From positions 146,957 to 210,956 of the IMG/VR virus record IMGVR_UViG_3300034101_004588: a DNA stretch of 64,000 nucleotides. One strand, written 5' to 3'. Shown piece by piece: positions 42,770 to 52,226 of this stretch. The notes beneath the pieces are model-generated. The model was not told the origin of the DNA. It saw only the letters and a program-made list of their open reading frames with translations, and did no database searches. The position numbers were made by a program, and so were the translations under genes. Position 1 is the first letter of the stretch. The number at the start of each line of letters is the position of its first letter.

Positions 42770-43534
42770 TTACGATTTTTTATGCAAAAAAGCAAACGGA
42801 CATTTGCTTTTTTGAGGGGGTATTTGAGATTCTGTAATGAATTCTTTGGGGGTACGAAAGAATTTTTTATAGCGATGAAAGAAAACCGTGCAAGCCTTGT
42901 CCCATTGTTTTTTAAATTTAGACCCCTTATCATAAGAATAGAACGATACAAATTTTTGTCGCTTAAAAGGTATAACCTGAATGATAGGGGTGCCTTTAGG
43001 AATCAATCCTTCAAAGCCTTCCTTAATCAAAAAGGGAAAGTTTACCGGCATAGGAAACTTATCTGTATCAACTAATCCTGAAAAGCAAAGAAAAGGAACT
43101 TCATCGGTATGTTGTGGTTGTAAAAACAAACAAGACCAACCTCGTGGAGTTTTTATAATCCAAGGATTCTCCCATTTAAAAGCTACCTGATTGGAGTAAC
43201 CCGAAGGAATGGGATAATTACCTATTTGTTCAAAATAATGGGTATTAGCTATTTCTAATTCTGGAGCAGACCAGCGAATATCACATCCTCCTTCTCGGTA
43301 TTCAATCCAAACATCACAAGGTAAGGGAATGTAATAACCGGCACCTCTCATGTCATTGAAAGGCATACATTGTTTGACGGTCTCTAAAGGGTCTCCGTGA
43401 TGGTCTATTTTAGAATCACTCCAAAAAGTAGAAAGATTTTTAAACCATTGTGGAGTTAATTGAGAAGCTGGATAAGGTTTATCACAAATTTCTAAATACT
43501 TTTTCTCCTTTGCAATAAACTTAATTGGTATCAT
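42770..43534 (-). CDS. phage hypothetical protein of a family common in aquatic phages
   Basis: TVKQCMPFND...FKWENPWIIKTPRGWSCLF...GLVDTD...IPKGTPIIQVIPFKR. Confidence 0.85.
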   Translation of the reverse strand: MIPIKFIAKEKKYLEICDKPYPASQLTPQWFKNLSTFWSDSKIDHHGDPLETVKQCMPFNDMRGAGYYIPLPCDVWIEYREGGCDIRWSAPELEIANTHYFEQIGNYPIPSGYSNQVAFKWENPWIIKTPRGWSCLFLQPQHTDEVPFLCFSGLVDTDKFPMPVNFPFLIKEGFEGLIPKGTPIIQVIPFKRQKFVSFYSYDKGSKFKKQWDKACTVFFHRYKKFFRTPKEFITESQIPPQKSKCPFAFLHKKS

Positions 43535-43579
43535 ACTTTAATAATAAAGCATGTTTTAAGGTTATCAAATAAAATTTAA

Positions 43580-44143
43580 TTAAGACCTTGATATACTCAA
43601 TATTTGTGCCTGAGGTATGAGTTTTTCTATTTTAATCTTGGTTCTAGCTCTTTGCTCTTTTTCATCTTCTTCTGATTTTATCCACATCGGCCAAGGTTTA
43701 AGAGTACCAAAGTGAATATAGAATTTTTTTGGTGATGTTATTGTTTTAAAATAATTTAATACCCCTTCTTCGGATTCAAATTGAAAAGGAGGTATTTTAG
43801 ACGAAGTATATATAGATCCTAAAGAATTATCTTCAAGTTCAAAATACCAAGAAACTGTGATAACGGTAGAAACTATATTTTTATTTTTGCTATCAAAAAG
43901 TCGAGTGTGATGTACATCATAAAAAGTAACATCTGTTTCACTAGGATCTCCGAGACTCTCAAAAACATTTTTTGGAATTACTTCAATAGTACTTTTCATT
44001 TGAGGGTTTATCTCAAACTCATCTCTAGTAAATTTACGTTTAATCCTGGTGTAAGAAAAAAAAGATTGTAAACCTCTCAACTTATCATTTTCATTGATAG
44101 AATGGTAAGTTTTTAATAAAGATTGTAGGTCTTTGTTATTCAT
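43580..44143 (-). CDS. putative internal virion protein
   Basis: SINE-NDKLRGLQSF; SLGDP...W. Confidence 0.85.
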   Translation of the reverse strand: MNNKDLQSLLKTYHSINENDKLRGLQSFFSYTRIKRKFTRDEFEINPQMKSTIEVIPKNVFESLGDPSETDVTFYDVHHTRLFDSKNKNIVSTVITVSWYFELEDNSLGSIYTSSKIPPFQFESEEGVLNYFKTITSPKKFYIHFGTLKPWPMWIKSEEDEKEQRARTKIKIEKLIPQAQILSISRS

Positions 44144-44793
44144 CCGTGTATTAGTCTTCTAAACATACCAGCATATTCATCTAAATAATCTGGCAATAAT
44201 TCTAAATTCATGGCATTTTCAAATTCTTTTAATTCTTGTGGAGTCAATGTTCCTTCATTATAACCTGGAGATAAATTTTCAATAGCACTGTTCATATTTG
44301 AGACCATTTCTTGTTGATGTTTTTTTAATATTTTATAATTTTTATCTAAATGCTTTTGCATGTTTTTAACATCCTCTGCAAATTGTGATATTTCTTTATT
44401 GTTTTGTGCAAAGCTTTTTAATCCTTCAAGTTTATTATTTTCTTCTATTGTACCTTCTAAAGTTTTTTTAAGTTCTTCTGCTGCGTCTTCTAAAACTCTT
44501 ACAAAGCCATAAATGTTATCTGCATTAGATTTAGCATCTTTTGAAGCTTCAATTTCATTTTTTAATACTCCACGAAGCCAGGCCATATATTCTTTCTCTT
44601 GAAAGTCATCATCATAAAGTTCAGAAAGAAAATCATCGAATTTATGAAAGAAATCTACAATTCTGTTTTGAATGTATCGTGTTCTTTGTTCGAAATTTTC
44701 TTGTTTACTAAAACTTTTGAGTGCCTGAAGTTTATCATTTTCATTAATCATTTGATAAGCTTTACCTAGAGATTGTAGATCTTTATCTTTCAT
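44140..44793 (-). CDS. putative two-module internal virion polyprotein
   Basis: MINE-NDKLQALKSF and internal TIEE-NNKLEGLKSF. Confidence 0.85.
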   Translation of the reverse strand: MKDKDLQSLGKAYQMINENDKLQALKSFSKQENFEQRTRYIQNRIVDFFHKFDDFLSELYDDDFQEKEYMAWLRGVLKNEIEASKDAKSNADNIYGFVRVLEDAAEELKKTLEGTIEENNKLEGLKSFAQNNKEISQFAEDVKNMQKHLDKNYKILKKHQQEMVSNMNSAIENLSPGYNEGTLTPQELKEFENAMNLELLPDYLDEYAGMFRRLIHG

Positions 44794-44803
44794 TTTTATT
44801 TAC

Positions 44804-45322
44804 TTAACGGGTTTTTTGTTTATTTTTAAAAACAATTCTATCAATACGTTCTTGTATGTCTTTTGCTATCTCGCCAAGTTCTTTGTTTTGTATAGAAGGA
44901 TCGGTTGCTCCTTTATATCTAAAATATACTCTATAACTTATATCACGATAATCATCTCGATAATCTTCGTCTTCATCGCGAGGCAATATAAACTTTTTTG
45001 CTAGGTAATGTTCCAACCAAAAAGGATCTATGTGGTTTGTGCTTATAGCCATTTTTACATTATCTGCAAATTCAATATACCAAGATATTGTTCCATATTT
45101 CCAATCAAGACCACGGTGATATTCATAATGTGAAATTTCATTTGGAGGGCCAAATATATCTGCTATTCGAGTTACATCGTGATGAAAATTTTCAACAAAA
45201 TAAGAATCTTTATATTTTTTAGGATTAAATGTACCTTTGACCTGAAAACGCAAAACGTCATAGGTATAAAAATCTTTAAATCCTTTTAATTTTTTAGCTG
45301 CTCTATTATCTTGATTTTCCAT
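44804..45322 (-). CDS. FG-x-P/W-x-I-x-F domain protein
   Basis: KKLKGFKDF; IFGPP...WYIEFADN. Confidence 0.85.
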   Translation of the reverse strand: MENQDNRAAKKLKGFKDFYTYDVLRFQVKGTFNPKKYKDSYFVENFHHDVTRIADIFGPPNEISHYEYHRGLDWKYGTISWYIEFADNVKMAISTNHIDPFWLEHYLAKKFILPRDEDEDYRDDYRDISYRVYFRYKGATDPSIQNKELGEIAKDIQERIDRIVFKNKQKTR

Positions 45323-46173
45323 TACAGTTTTAAAAGCGTTTGTAATCGGCTTACAACGTCTTGATACTTATTTGCTGGAGAAACTCCAACCCACCAATCT
45401 GTAGGTTCATCTTCTAAAAGATCAAAGTTGTTGCGGGTTAAGTCTTCATCGTCGTCATGTTCTTTGGTGACAAATCCATACATATGAACAAAGGCTCCAT
45501 CATTAAATTCTATATACCAATCAGCCTTAGCTTGATCGGTATCAAAGTAAGCGTCAATATCTCCTTGATAGTCTAAAGAATTAGGAGTCGGATTTATATC
45601 TGACATCTTATCCATCATATCTTCATAACTTACTCCCCCAATAAAAAATTCGGTAGGGCTCATGTCATCTTTTGCTTCTAAGGCTCTTTCTTTCCATTCT
45701 TTATAACTTAAAAATTGAAAGTTTTGAGACATTTTAAAAGATTTTAAACCTTCTAATTTACTTTCTGATATCTGTTCCGGCAATGTTTGTTCTAGATGTT
45801 CACTATAATCTTTAGATATTTTCTCTGGACCAATAACAAACCATTCCAAGATTTCATTTTCTAGCATTTGATCTACCGACAAAGCTAATACAGAGGCGAT
45901 ATAAATTTTTCCTCCGTTGGTAAAGGTTATTTCCCAAGCAATTTTAGTATCTCCTCCTTTAGTTTTATCTATTGAAGGTTCTACTCCTTTAAGATAATTT
46001 TTTAAAATAGGATAGGTAGCAGTAAATTCAAAAACTCCTTCTTTTATTGAAGGGTCTTTAAGAACCAAATCCCATAGATTTACTGGTTTAACTTTCTCTA
46101 TATCAAATCTATTAGCAAAAGACTTTAAAGCGTCTAACTTATTATTTTCTTTTAGATATTGCTTAAAGTTCAT
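45322..46173 (-). CDS. putative two-module internal virion polyprotein
   Basis: MNFKQYLKE-NNKLDALKSF; QISE-SKLEGLKSF; WEITFTNG and WYIEFNDG. Confidence 0.85.
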   Translation of the reverse strand: MNFKQYLKENNKLDALKSFANRFDIEKVKPVNLWDLVLKDPSIKEGVFEFTATYPILKNYLKGVEPSIDKTKGGDTKIAWEITFTNGGKIYIASVLALSVDQMLENEILEWFVIGPEKISKDYSEHLEQTLPEQISESKLEGLKSFKMSQNFQFLSYKEWKERALEAKDDMSPTEFFIGGVSYEDMMDKMSDINPTPNSLDYQGDIDAYFDTDQAKADWYIEFNDGAFVHMYGFVTKEHDDDEDLTRNNFDLLEDEPTDWWVGVSPANKYQDVVSRLQTLLKL

Positions 46174-48326
46174 ATTATGTTTAGAGGTATATTATTTATA
46201 TTAAATTTTTCTGTGACCTCTTCTCTTTTTTTATTAGACCAAACATCAAAAGAATAATTTTGATCGTAATCTATATTTGAACCTTTGGCGTGAGTTTTAA
46301 AAATAGCAATTAAGGTCCCGTCTCCAAATATTATTCCCCACCCTGTATTAAATCTATAGTCCATGCGAAAGTGGGGATAATGAAACACTGTACCTAATCT
46401 TTTTTCTAATTGGGGGTAGGAACTATTGATTTGAAAGGCAAAATATTTATATATTTCCGGAGCCAATCTATCCGGATTAACTATTTCTATAATTTTATTA
46501 CTTTTTTGAAAAGCTTTTAATCCTTCTAGTTTATTACTTTCCTCTTGCACATACACTTCTGAATTTGGAAACATAGAGGATATTCTATTTTTTAAATCTG
46601 GTTTACTTGTTGTTTTTGCTTTCGATTTTTTTGATGGAATATAAACATACCATCTTTCATTTGCAGTTTCTAAATCATAATTAAAATGGTTTTGTCTTTG
46701 CTGTGTATTTTTTAAATAATCCATCATATTACTATTGAGACCTGGTGTAATTATACATTTTAAACCGTCTTTAAATGTAAATGCCCATAATACATATTCA
46801 AATAAAGATTGAGAACTAGTATCCCATTTCCAAGGATCGAAATTGCCTGCAGGAAGATTAAGTTTTTGTGGTTCTCCAAATTTGTTTTTAACTTCTTTTA
46901 AATTAGATACAAAAGATCCCAAACACTCAAATCCCGCATCAGAAAAGTTTGGGTCTTTAGAAATTTCAAATTGTTGAGTATCTAAAAATTGTTTAAATCC
47001 TAATATTTTATTATTTTCTTTTATAATTTGTTTGTTGAGAATGGTTTTTATTCTTTCAACTACATCTAAAGCATTTTGTTCATCCTGATCATTAGCTACA
47101 TAAACATCCCAAGGATGATCTTCATCCGGATCTAATTCTCCAAACATTTCCATAGCATCTTCATTGGTTAATCCTTGTAAAATAACTTTATTACCATCAC
47201 CAAACTCTATACCCCAATTGTAAATAATTGTGTCACCGTTACGAGGATTGACATCTCTTTCAATTCGCGGTTCTCCAAATTTAGATTTTAGATTGTTTAT
47301 CGAAGCATAAAAGTCATCTGTCGGATCTGCGTGCACGTAATTATCAAACCTGTATTCATTATTAATATTTTTTTCCCAATTTTTAAGAGTTTGTTGGTCT
47401 ATTGATCTGAATTGCAATTTACTAAAAAAACTTTTTAAATTTATTAATTTATTATTTTCTTCTATATTTCTTCTAGTCCAAGGCACAACATCTAAATTTA
47501 TTTTTGTTTGTCCTAATATAAATTTAAGACGATCTGATAAATCTTCTTTTTCTTCTGCCCCTTCATAAGTTCCATAAACAGTCCATTTGTCGCTAAAATA
47601 AACAGTTATATCTGCTTTAGAAACCGATCCTGTCTTTAAATAACGATCGGTTACATCTTTTGGAATATAGTTACTGGTGATATACATTGCCTTGCCATCA
47701 GCAAAAGTAATAACCCACATAAAAGCTGAATAAGTGGTATTTGGTAAAGTTTCTACAAAAGGTTTACCAAACAATTGAACTATTTCATTATAATTTTTAA
47801 AAAACTGTCCCATCATTGTAAGATTAGTTTTAGGTAAATCTTTTAAACCCGAGAGTTTAATTATTTTATAACGATTATAAAAATTTTTAAATCCTTGTAA
47901 TTTATTTTCTTTTAAAAGTTTACCACCCTTTTCTTTTATAGCTTGTTTTATTCTTGCAATGTAATCTTTTGGATTCATACCAGATACCGTCCAATAAGTT
48001 ATTTGTTCTAGATTTTTCTTTGCGTTTATGCCAAAAGGTTTTATTTCTTTTAAAGCAGATACAGAAGCCTTTGCTCCGTCTTTAAAAGTAACCAACCATA
48101 TCCAATCTGTTTCATCAAACCCTATTTTTTTTTCTTTTGGAGGTTTACCAAAAGTTTTTAATAAAGCATCATAAGAAACATGAAATCCTTCTACTCTATT
48201 TTCTTGAGAAGGATACATTGGTTGTAAAAAATCACTATATTCTTCCGGTGAATAATCATTTGAAACAAATGCTATTCCGTGAGAAGCTGAAAAATCTTTT
48301 AAAGCTTTTAATTTAAAATTATTCAT
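46170..48326 (-). CDS. five-module putative polyprotein
   Basis: five FG-x-P...W-x-x-x-F-x-DG domains separated by E-N/S-(N)K-L-x-x-(L/F)-K-x-F linkers. Confidence 0.9.
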   Translation of the reverse strand: MNNFKLKALKDFSASHGIAFVSNDYSPEEYSDFLQPMYPSQENRVEGFHVSYDALLKTFGKPPKEKKIGFDETDWIWLVTFKDGAKASVSALKEIKPFGINAKKNLEQITYWTVSGMNPKDYIARIKQAIKEKGGKLLKENKLQGFKNFYNRYKIIKLSGLKDLPKTNLTMMGQFFKNYNEIVQLFGKPFVETLPNTTYSAFMWVITFADGKAMYITSNYIPKDVTDRYLKTGSVSKADITVYFSDKWTVYGTYEGAEEKEDLSDRLKFILGQTKINLDVVPWTRRNIEENNKLINLKSFFSKLQFRSIDQQTLKNWEKNINNEYRFDNYVHADPTDDFYASINNLKSKFGEPRIERDVNPRNGDTIIYNWGIEFGDGNKVILQGLTNEDAMEMFGELDPDEDHPWDVYVANDQDEQNALDVVERIKTILNKQIIKENNKILGFKQFLDTQQFEISKDPNFSDAGFECLGSFVSNLKEVKNKFGEPQKLNLPAGNFDPWKWDTSSQSLFEYVLWAFTFKDGLKCIITPGLNSNMMDYLKNTQQRQNHFNYDLETANERWYVYIPSKKSKAKTTSKPDLKNRISSMFPNSEVYVQEESNKLEGLKAFQKSNKIIEIVNPDRLAPEIYKYFAFQINSSYPQLEKRLGTVFHYPHFRMDYRFNTGWGIIFGDGTLIAIFKTHAKGSNIDYDQNYSFDVWSNKKREEVTEKFNINNIPLNII

Positions 48327-48625
48327 ATACCTTCAAAAAATCCGTTTCTTTCTAAAAAACTATTTAAAATTTCTTTAGCTCTTTCTCTTTCTCCATACCA
48401 ATGTACACCATATAGCTCATTTTCTGGATCATGAATTGTATTATGTACGAATTGCCATAACACCTGCCAATGACTAGATCCTTGAATGACTGTTCTTAAA
48501 TTTAATTGTTCTGGTATATGTTCTCTCATGAAGTCTAAAATCTTTTCATCCAATTCTGAATGTCTGGAAAAAGATTTTAATGCAGACAATTTATTATTTT
48601 CTTTTATATATTTTTTAAAATTCAT
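48323..48625 (-). CDS. putative internal virion protein
   Basis: MNFKKYIKE-NNKLSALKSF. Confidence 0.85.
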   Translation of the reverse strand: MNFKKYIKENNKLSALKSFSRHSELDEKILDFMREHIPEQLNLRTVIQGSSHWQVLWQFVHNTIHDPENELYGVHWYGERERAKEILNSFLERNGFFEGI

Positions 48626-48628
48626 TGG

Positions 48629-49057
48629 TTATCTTTTATTTAATAAATGATCTAATCGTTCTAAAATTTCTTGTTCTCTTCCTATTGGACCAGTTACTTG
48701 TGCTATAACTGGGCTGTCTGGAATAACATTATTTTCCTCATCATAATGCAAATCATGAACTTCAGTACTTAATATAACTTTAACACCATCGTTAAATTCA
48801 ATCCCCCATTCTAAAAATTTTGCTCTACCTGGTCCTTCGTCTGTGAAATCGGGTTCTCCAAATAAATCTATCAAACTATCATATCTATCTACAACCATTT
48901 CTGTCATATAATAATCCATGCCCAACTTTTCTATATCTTTTACTGACATAGAAAAATAAGGTTTTGCATCAAATCTTTTTTTTACCATATATGCTCCTGC
49001 AAATTGTTTAAATGCTTCTAATTTATTTTCTGTATAATATTTTAAAAAAGTTTTCAT
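48629..49057 (-). CDS. FG-x-P/W-x-I-x-F-x-DG domain protein
   Basis: YYTE-NKLEAFKQF; LFGEP...WGIEFNDG. Confidence 0.85.
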   Translation of the reverse strand: MKTFLKYYTENKLEAFKQFAGAYMVKKRFDAKPYFSMSVKDIEKLGMDYYMTEMVVDRYDSLIDLFGEPDFTDEGPGRAKFLEWGIEFNDGVKVILSTEVHDLHYDEENNVIPDSPVIAQVTGPIGREQEILERLDHLLNKR

Positions 49058-49434
49058 GTTAATATATTAGTTAATCTTTCAATCACTTCTTTTGATTTAT
49101 TTTCTGGAGCAGATACACTATAAGCATAAAATTCATCTCCTCTCGACAAATATCTTAACACGGATAATGTATTATCTCCAAATTCTATAATCCAGAGAGG
49201 ACCCATCATGCCGTAAGCTCCGGTTATTGGTTCTCCTAAAAGTTTTTTAACATCTTTATAAGGAGGAGCTTTAGGAAAAACAATTGTTTTATAATTAGCT
49301 AATATATTAGGATCTGCTAATTCGGGATATATTCTGTTAATATCCGCTCGAGTTCTCATCCCTTCTTTGTTTGCTGCTATAATTTGATTGGCTTTAACAA
49401 ATTGTTGAAAACTTTTTAATTTATTTTTATCCAT
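49054..49434 (-). CDS. FG-x-P/W-x-I-x-F domain protein
   Basis: MDKNKLKSFQQF; LLGEP...WIIEFGDN. Confidence 0.8.
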   Translation of the reverse strand: MDKNKLKSFQQFVKANQIIAANKEGMRTRADINRIYPELADPNILANYKTIVFPKAPPYKDVKKLLGEPITGAYGMMGPLWIIEFGDNTLSVLRYLSRGDEFYAYSVSAPENKSKEVIERLTNILT

Positions 49435-50233
49435 GACGTAAAAAATATTCTCTGTCTGCATCAAATTCTTTACGTTCGTAATTAAAATTTGCTATCATAT
49501 CTTTAAAAGGTATGAATATTTCATCACCTTCTTCTGCTTTACGAAATGCTTGTCTGGGTTCTATTTTGCTCCAAAGCATATGAAGACCGGTAGGTTTAAC
49601 TTCTAATATTTCCCCAGTAACACTATACTGATCTGCAACTACTTCTCCGTATTGAGCATAGCTAAAACGTTTACGACCATATATAGTTAAATCCAAATCA
49701 ACAGCGTCTTTAAAAAGATTGTAAAGATCGTAAGAATTTACTAATCGTGAAGAATATTGTAAATTATCATATTTTCGAATTATGTCTCGTCTCTTTTCAT
49801 CACTAACAAAAGATTTTAAACCTTCTAGTTTATTGTTTTCGGATATTTGTTTTAATCCTAATTTATTTAAAATTGTGTTTAAAATATCTTCAGCGTCTTT
49901 ATAAGCATTAACAATTATAGATATGCCTTTATCTTGTTCGTTTGTTAAAAAAACTAAACGAGAAGGTGTTCCTCCCATTTTAAAATCCCAAATATAAGAT
50001 TTATAGTCTCTTGGAATTTTTTTTGAAACCCAAGATCCTCCATGTCCAAATAAATCAGCCAATTGACTTGGATAAATTGTTCGGTCTTTTGGTATTTTAT
50101 AACCAGCTACGGTTTCATTTTGAACCGAAGGATAAGAAGTTTTGAAGTCTCCTGAAGGAATGTATTCAATTTGATTAAACGATTTTAAAGCTTTTAATTT
50201 ATCATTTTCTAATAGATATTGCTTAAAGTTCAC
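49427..50233 (-). CDS. putative two-module internal virion polyprotein
   Basis: MNFKQYLLE-NDKLKALKSF; QISE-NNKLEGLKSF. Confidence 0.85.
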   Translation of the reverse strand: MNFKQYLLENDKLKALKSFNQIEYIPSGDFKTSYPSVQNETVAGYKIPKDRTIYPSQLADLFGHGGSWVSKKIPRDYKSYIWDFKMGGTPSRLVFLTNEQDKGISIIVNAYKDAEDILNTILNKLGLKQISENNKLEGLKSFVSDEKRRDIIRKYDNLQYSSRLVNSYDLYNLFKDAVDLDLTIYGRKRFSYAQYGEVVADQYSVTGEILEVKPTGLHMLWSKIEPRQAFRKAEEGDEIFIPFKDMIANFNYERKEFDADREYFLRHG

Positions 50234-50241
50234 ATTTCTAT

Positions 50242-50628
50242 TTATTCTTTGATCTCCGGAGTCATCGCATATATATTATAAAGATACAAGACATATTCTT
50301 TAAATTGATCTTGTAAAGAATAAATTGTTAGTTCTTCGAAAGGGTTTGTAGGTTGCATTTCTAAAATACCTTGCAAAGATTCTATAAAAGATAGCATTAT
50401 AGAATCATATCTTTTTGGTCCTATTAATTCTTTTTGTTCTTTGGTGACCATTGATTCATAAGACAAATAGGATTTGACTTGTTCTTGATCTATTTTACCA
50501 TCTTTAACAATATCAATGGGTTTGTTTTCGATAAAAGATTTTAAAGCTTGAACTTTTGGTTCTATTTGTTCTTGAAACACTTTGTCTTCTTTAACAAAGT
50601 CTTTAAAAGCTTTAAACTTTTTTAACAT
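50242..50628 (-). CDS. putative internal virion protein
   Basis: KKFKAFKDF and QIE-PKVQALKSF. Confidence 0.8.
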   Translation of the reverse strand: MLKKFKAFKDFVKEDKVFQEQIEPKVQALKSFIENKPIDIVKDGKIDQEQVKSYLSYESMVTKEQKELIGPKRYDSIMLSFIESLQGILEMQPTNPFEELTIYSLQDQFKEYVLYLYNIYAMTPEIKE

Positions 50629-50902
50629 AATCTATTCTTCTGATTCCCTCTTAAAGGAACGTTTAGGTATGTTAACCTGTTTAAGTTTTTTAGTAGGATA
50701 AAAAACTTCTTTCATTTCTTTTTTAGAAAGCAAAGGAAAAATTTCCGTACGAAGATAATATTTGTTATGAGTTGGGAATATACCGTGCATAGAATTTATA
50801 ATAAAATATTTAGAACAAATTTCAACTTTTTTAAAAGGGGTGTTTTATAGGCTGTTATAGTTTTTAACAGGGATAATGTCTAGCGCTACATTATCTCAAC
50901 AC

Positions 50903-51103
50903 CTAACCATTTGTTGTAGGCCATTTATAAGGCTGTTGCCACACCTTGTTTATACTCCATGATCGGTGGAGTTGTTGGTCTCTCCAACATGGTCTATTCA
51001 TTTCAGGACTCAAACCTGGGGCCTGACTCTCCCGTTGAACCTTTTGGTTCAAATTATTTTCAAAGAACATTAACAATTTAATATATTTTATCGGTAAAAT
51101 CAA
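50903..51103 (-). CDS. hypothetical protein (start uncertain)
   Basis: 66-aa ORF coupled to the upstream gene. Confidence 0.45.
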   Translation of the reverse strand: MILPIKYIKLLMFFENNLNQKVQRESQAPGLSPEMNRPCWRDQQLHRSWSINKVWQQPYKWPTTNG

Positions 51104-51282
51104 CTTAAAATTTCCGACATTTCTTCTTGTAGTTCTTTTTTAGTTTTTAACCGGTAACCATCTCCTATTTTAATGGCAATACCTTCTGCTATCAAATAAT
51201 CTAAAGCGGATTGAACTTGAGCGATTTCTTCTTTGTTAGGTTCTATTACTCTTAAAACCTTAGGTCTTTTTATTTTTTTCAT
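51100..51282 (-). CDS. hypothetical protein
   Basis: 60-aa ORF. Confidence 0.7.
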   Translation of the reverse strand: MKKIKRPKVLRVIEPNKEEIAQVQSALDYLIAEGIAIKIGDGYRLKTKKELQEEMSEILS

Positions 51283-51386
51283 TTTAAAAGATATTCTATC
51301 AAATATAATCCACCCATTATCATTGTTAATAATAAAATAAAAGACATTAATAAAATAAAGTTTTTATTCATAAAGTTTTTATTTGA

Positions 51387-51617
51387 TTAATCTTTAAAGG
51401 TTTCAATTCGCCGAGAAGGAAAAGTAGCACTCCAAAACCCTAAAGAATCTCTTAATTGTATAATTTTCTTGTAAAGAATAGGATTTTCTTCTGATAATTT
51501 ACGAAAATCTGATCCTTTTTGTTTTTGAGCCCATGTTACGAATTCGCCCATGTTTTGAAAAGTTTTGCTAACTAAAAAATTTACTTTTTTATGTTCGGGT
51601 TGATATATTGTTTTCAT
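51387..51617 (-). CDS. hypothetical protein
   Basis: ATG at 51617 (MKTIYQ), ATGA-coupled. Confidence 0.7.
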   Translation of the reverse strand: MKTIYQPEHKKVNFLVSKTFQNMGEFVTWAQKQKGSDFRKLSEENPILYKKIIQLRDSLGFWSATFPSRRIETFKD

Positions 51618-51787
51618 AACCATTTTATTAAAATAATTAAAGCAGCTCCTATTAAAGCCCATTTACCAAATTTTTCAATGTCTTCTTTAGTGTATCCCAT
51701 TATTTTAGGTTGATAATCTTTATAGGTTTTTTGATGTCTGTGCTTTCCACAGCTACAATTACCACAACTTTGTCTTTTCTTTCTCAT
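51614..51787 (-). CDS. small protein with Cys/His N-terminus and C-terminal TM (57 aa; missed by the track)
   Basis: MRKKRQSCGNCSCGKH...KWALIGAALIILIKWL. Confidence 0.6.
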   Translation of the reverse strand: MRKKRQSCGNCSCGKHRHQKTYKDYQPKIMGYTKEDIEKFGKWALIGAALIILIKWL

Positions 51788-51795
51788 ATTAATAA

Positions 51796-52050
51796 TTAAA
51801 CCTCTTGAAAATATTTCTCGGTCTCTGGATCATCAATATTATTATAAAATTGTTGATGAGTATCAAATAAATTTTGAGAAACGATTTGTATTTCTGGAAT
51901 TAAATTTTTATCAAAAACTAAAATTCCTTTTTTTCTAGGAATCTGATAAATTTTTGCGCAAGAAGAACAATAATTTGTTTTAATTAAATTAAAACGAACT
52001 GCTTCTATAGGATTGTTACAATTAATACACAAAGAGGAATTCATTAGCAT
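51796..52050 (-). CDS. TraR/DksA-type C4 zinc-finger-like protein
   Basis: CINCNNPIEAVRFNLIKTNYCSSC. Confidence 0.65.
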   Translation of the reverse strand: MLMNSSLCINCNNPIEAVRFNLIKTNYCSSCAKIYQIPRKKGILVFDKNLIPEIQIVSQNLFDTHQQFYNNIDDPETEKYFQEV

Positions 52051-52226
52051 AAAAAAATACTATATTTTACATGGAATATCCACAAAAAAATATAAGTATT
52101 AAATTATATGACGGTGTTTCAGTGGGTGGCTGTAGGGGGATTTATTATTTATATATTTTGGATTTGTTGGTTTGAAATTAGACCCCACACAAAAACAAAA
52201 ACAAAAGAAAAAAAGAAAATTAAATT

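Noticed and set aside
46170-48326. Diversity-generating retroelement or tandem DNA repeat explanation for the module repeats
   Set aside because: Modules are highly diverged at DNA level, with no template/variable repeat pair and no reverse transcriptase in the window.
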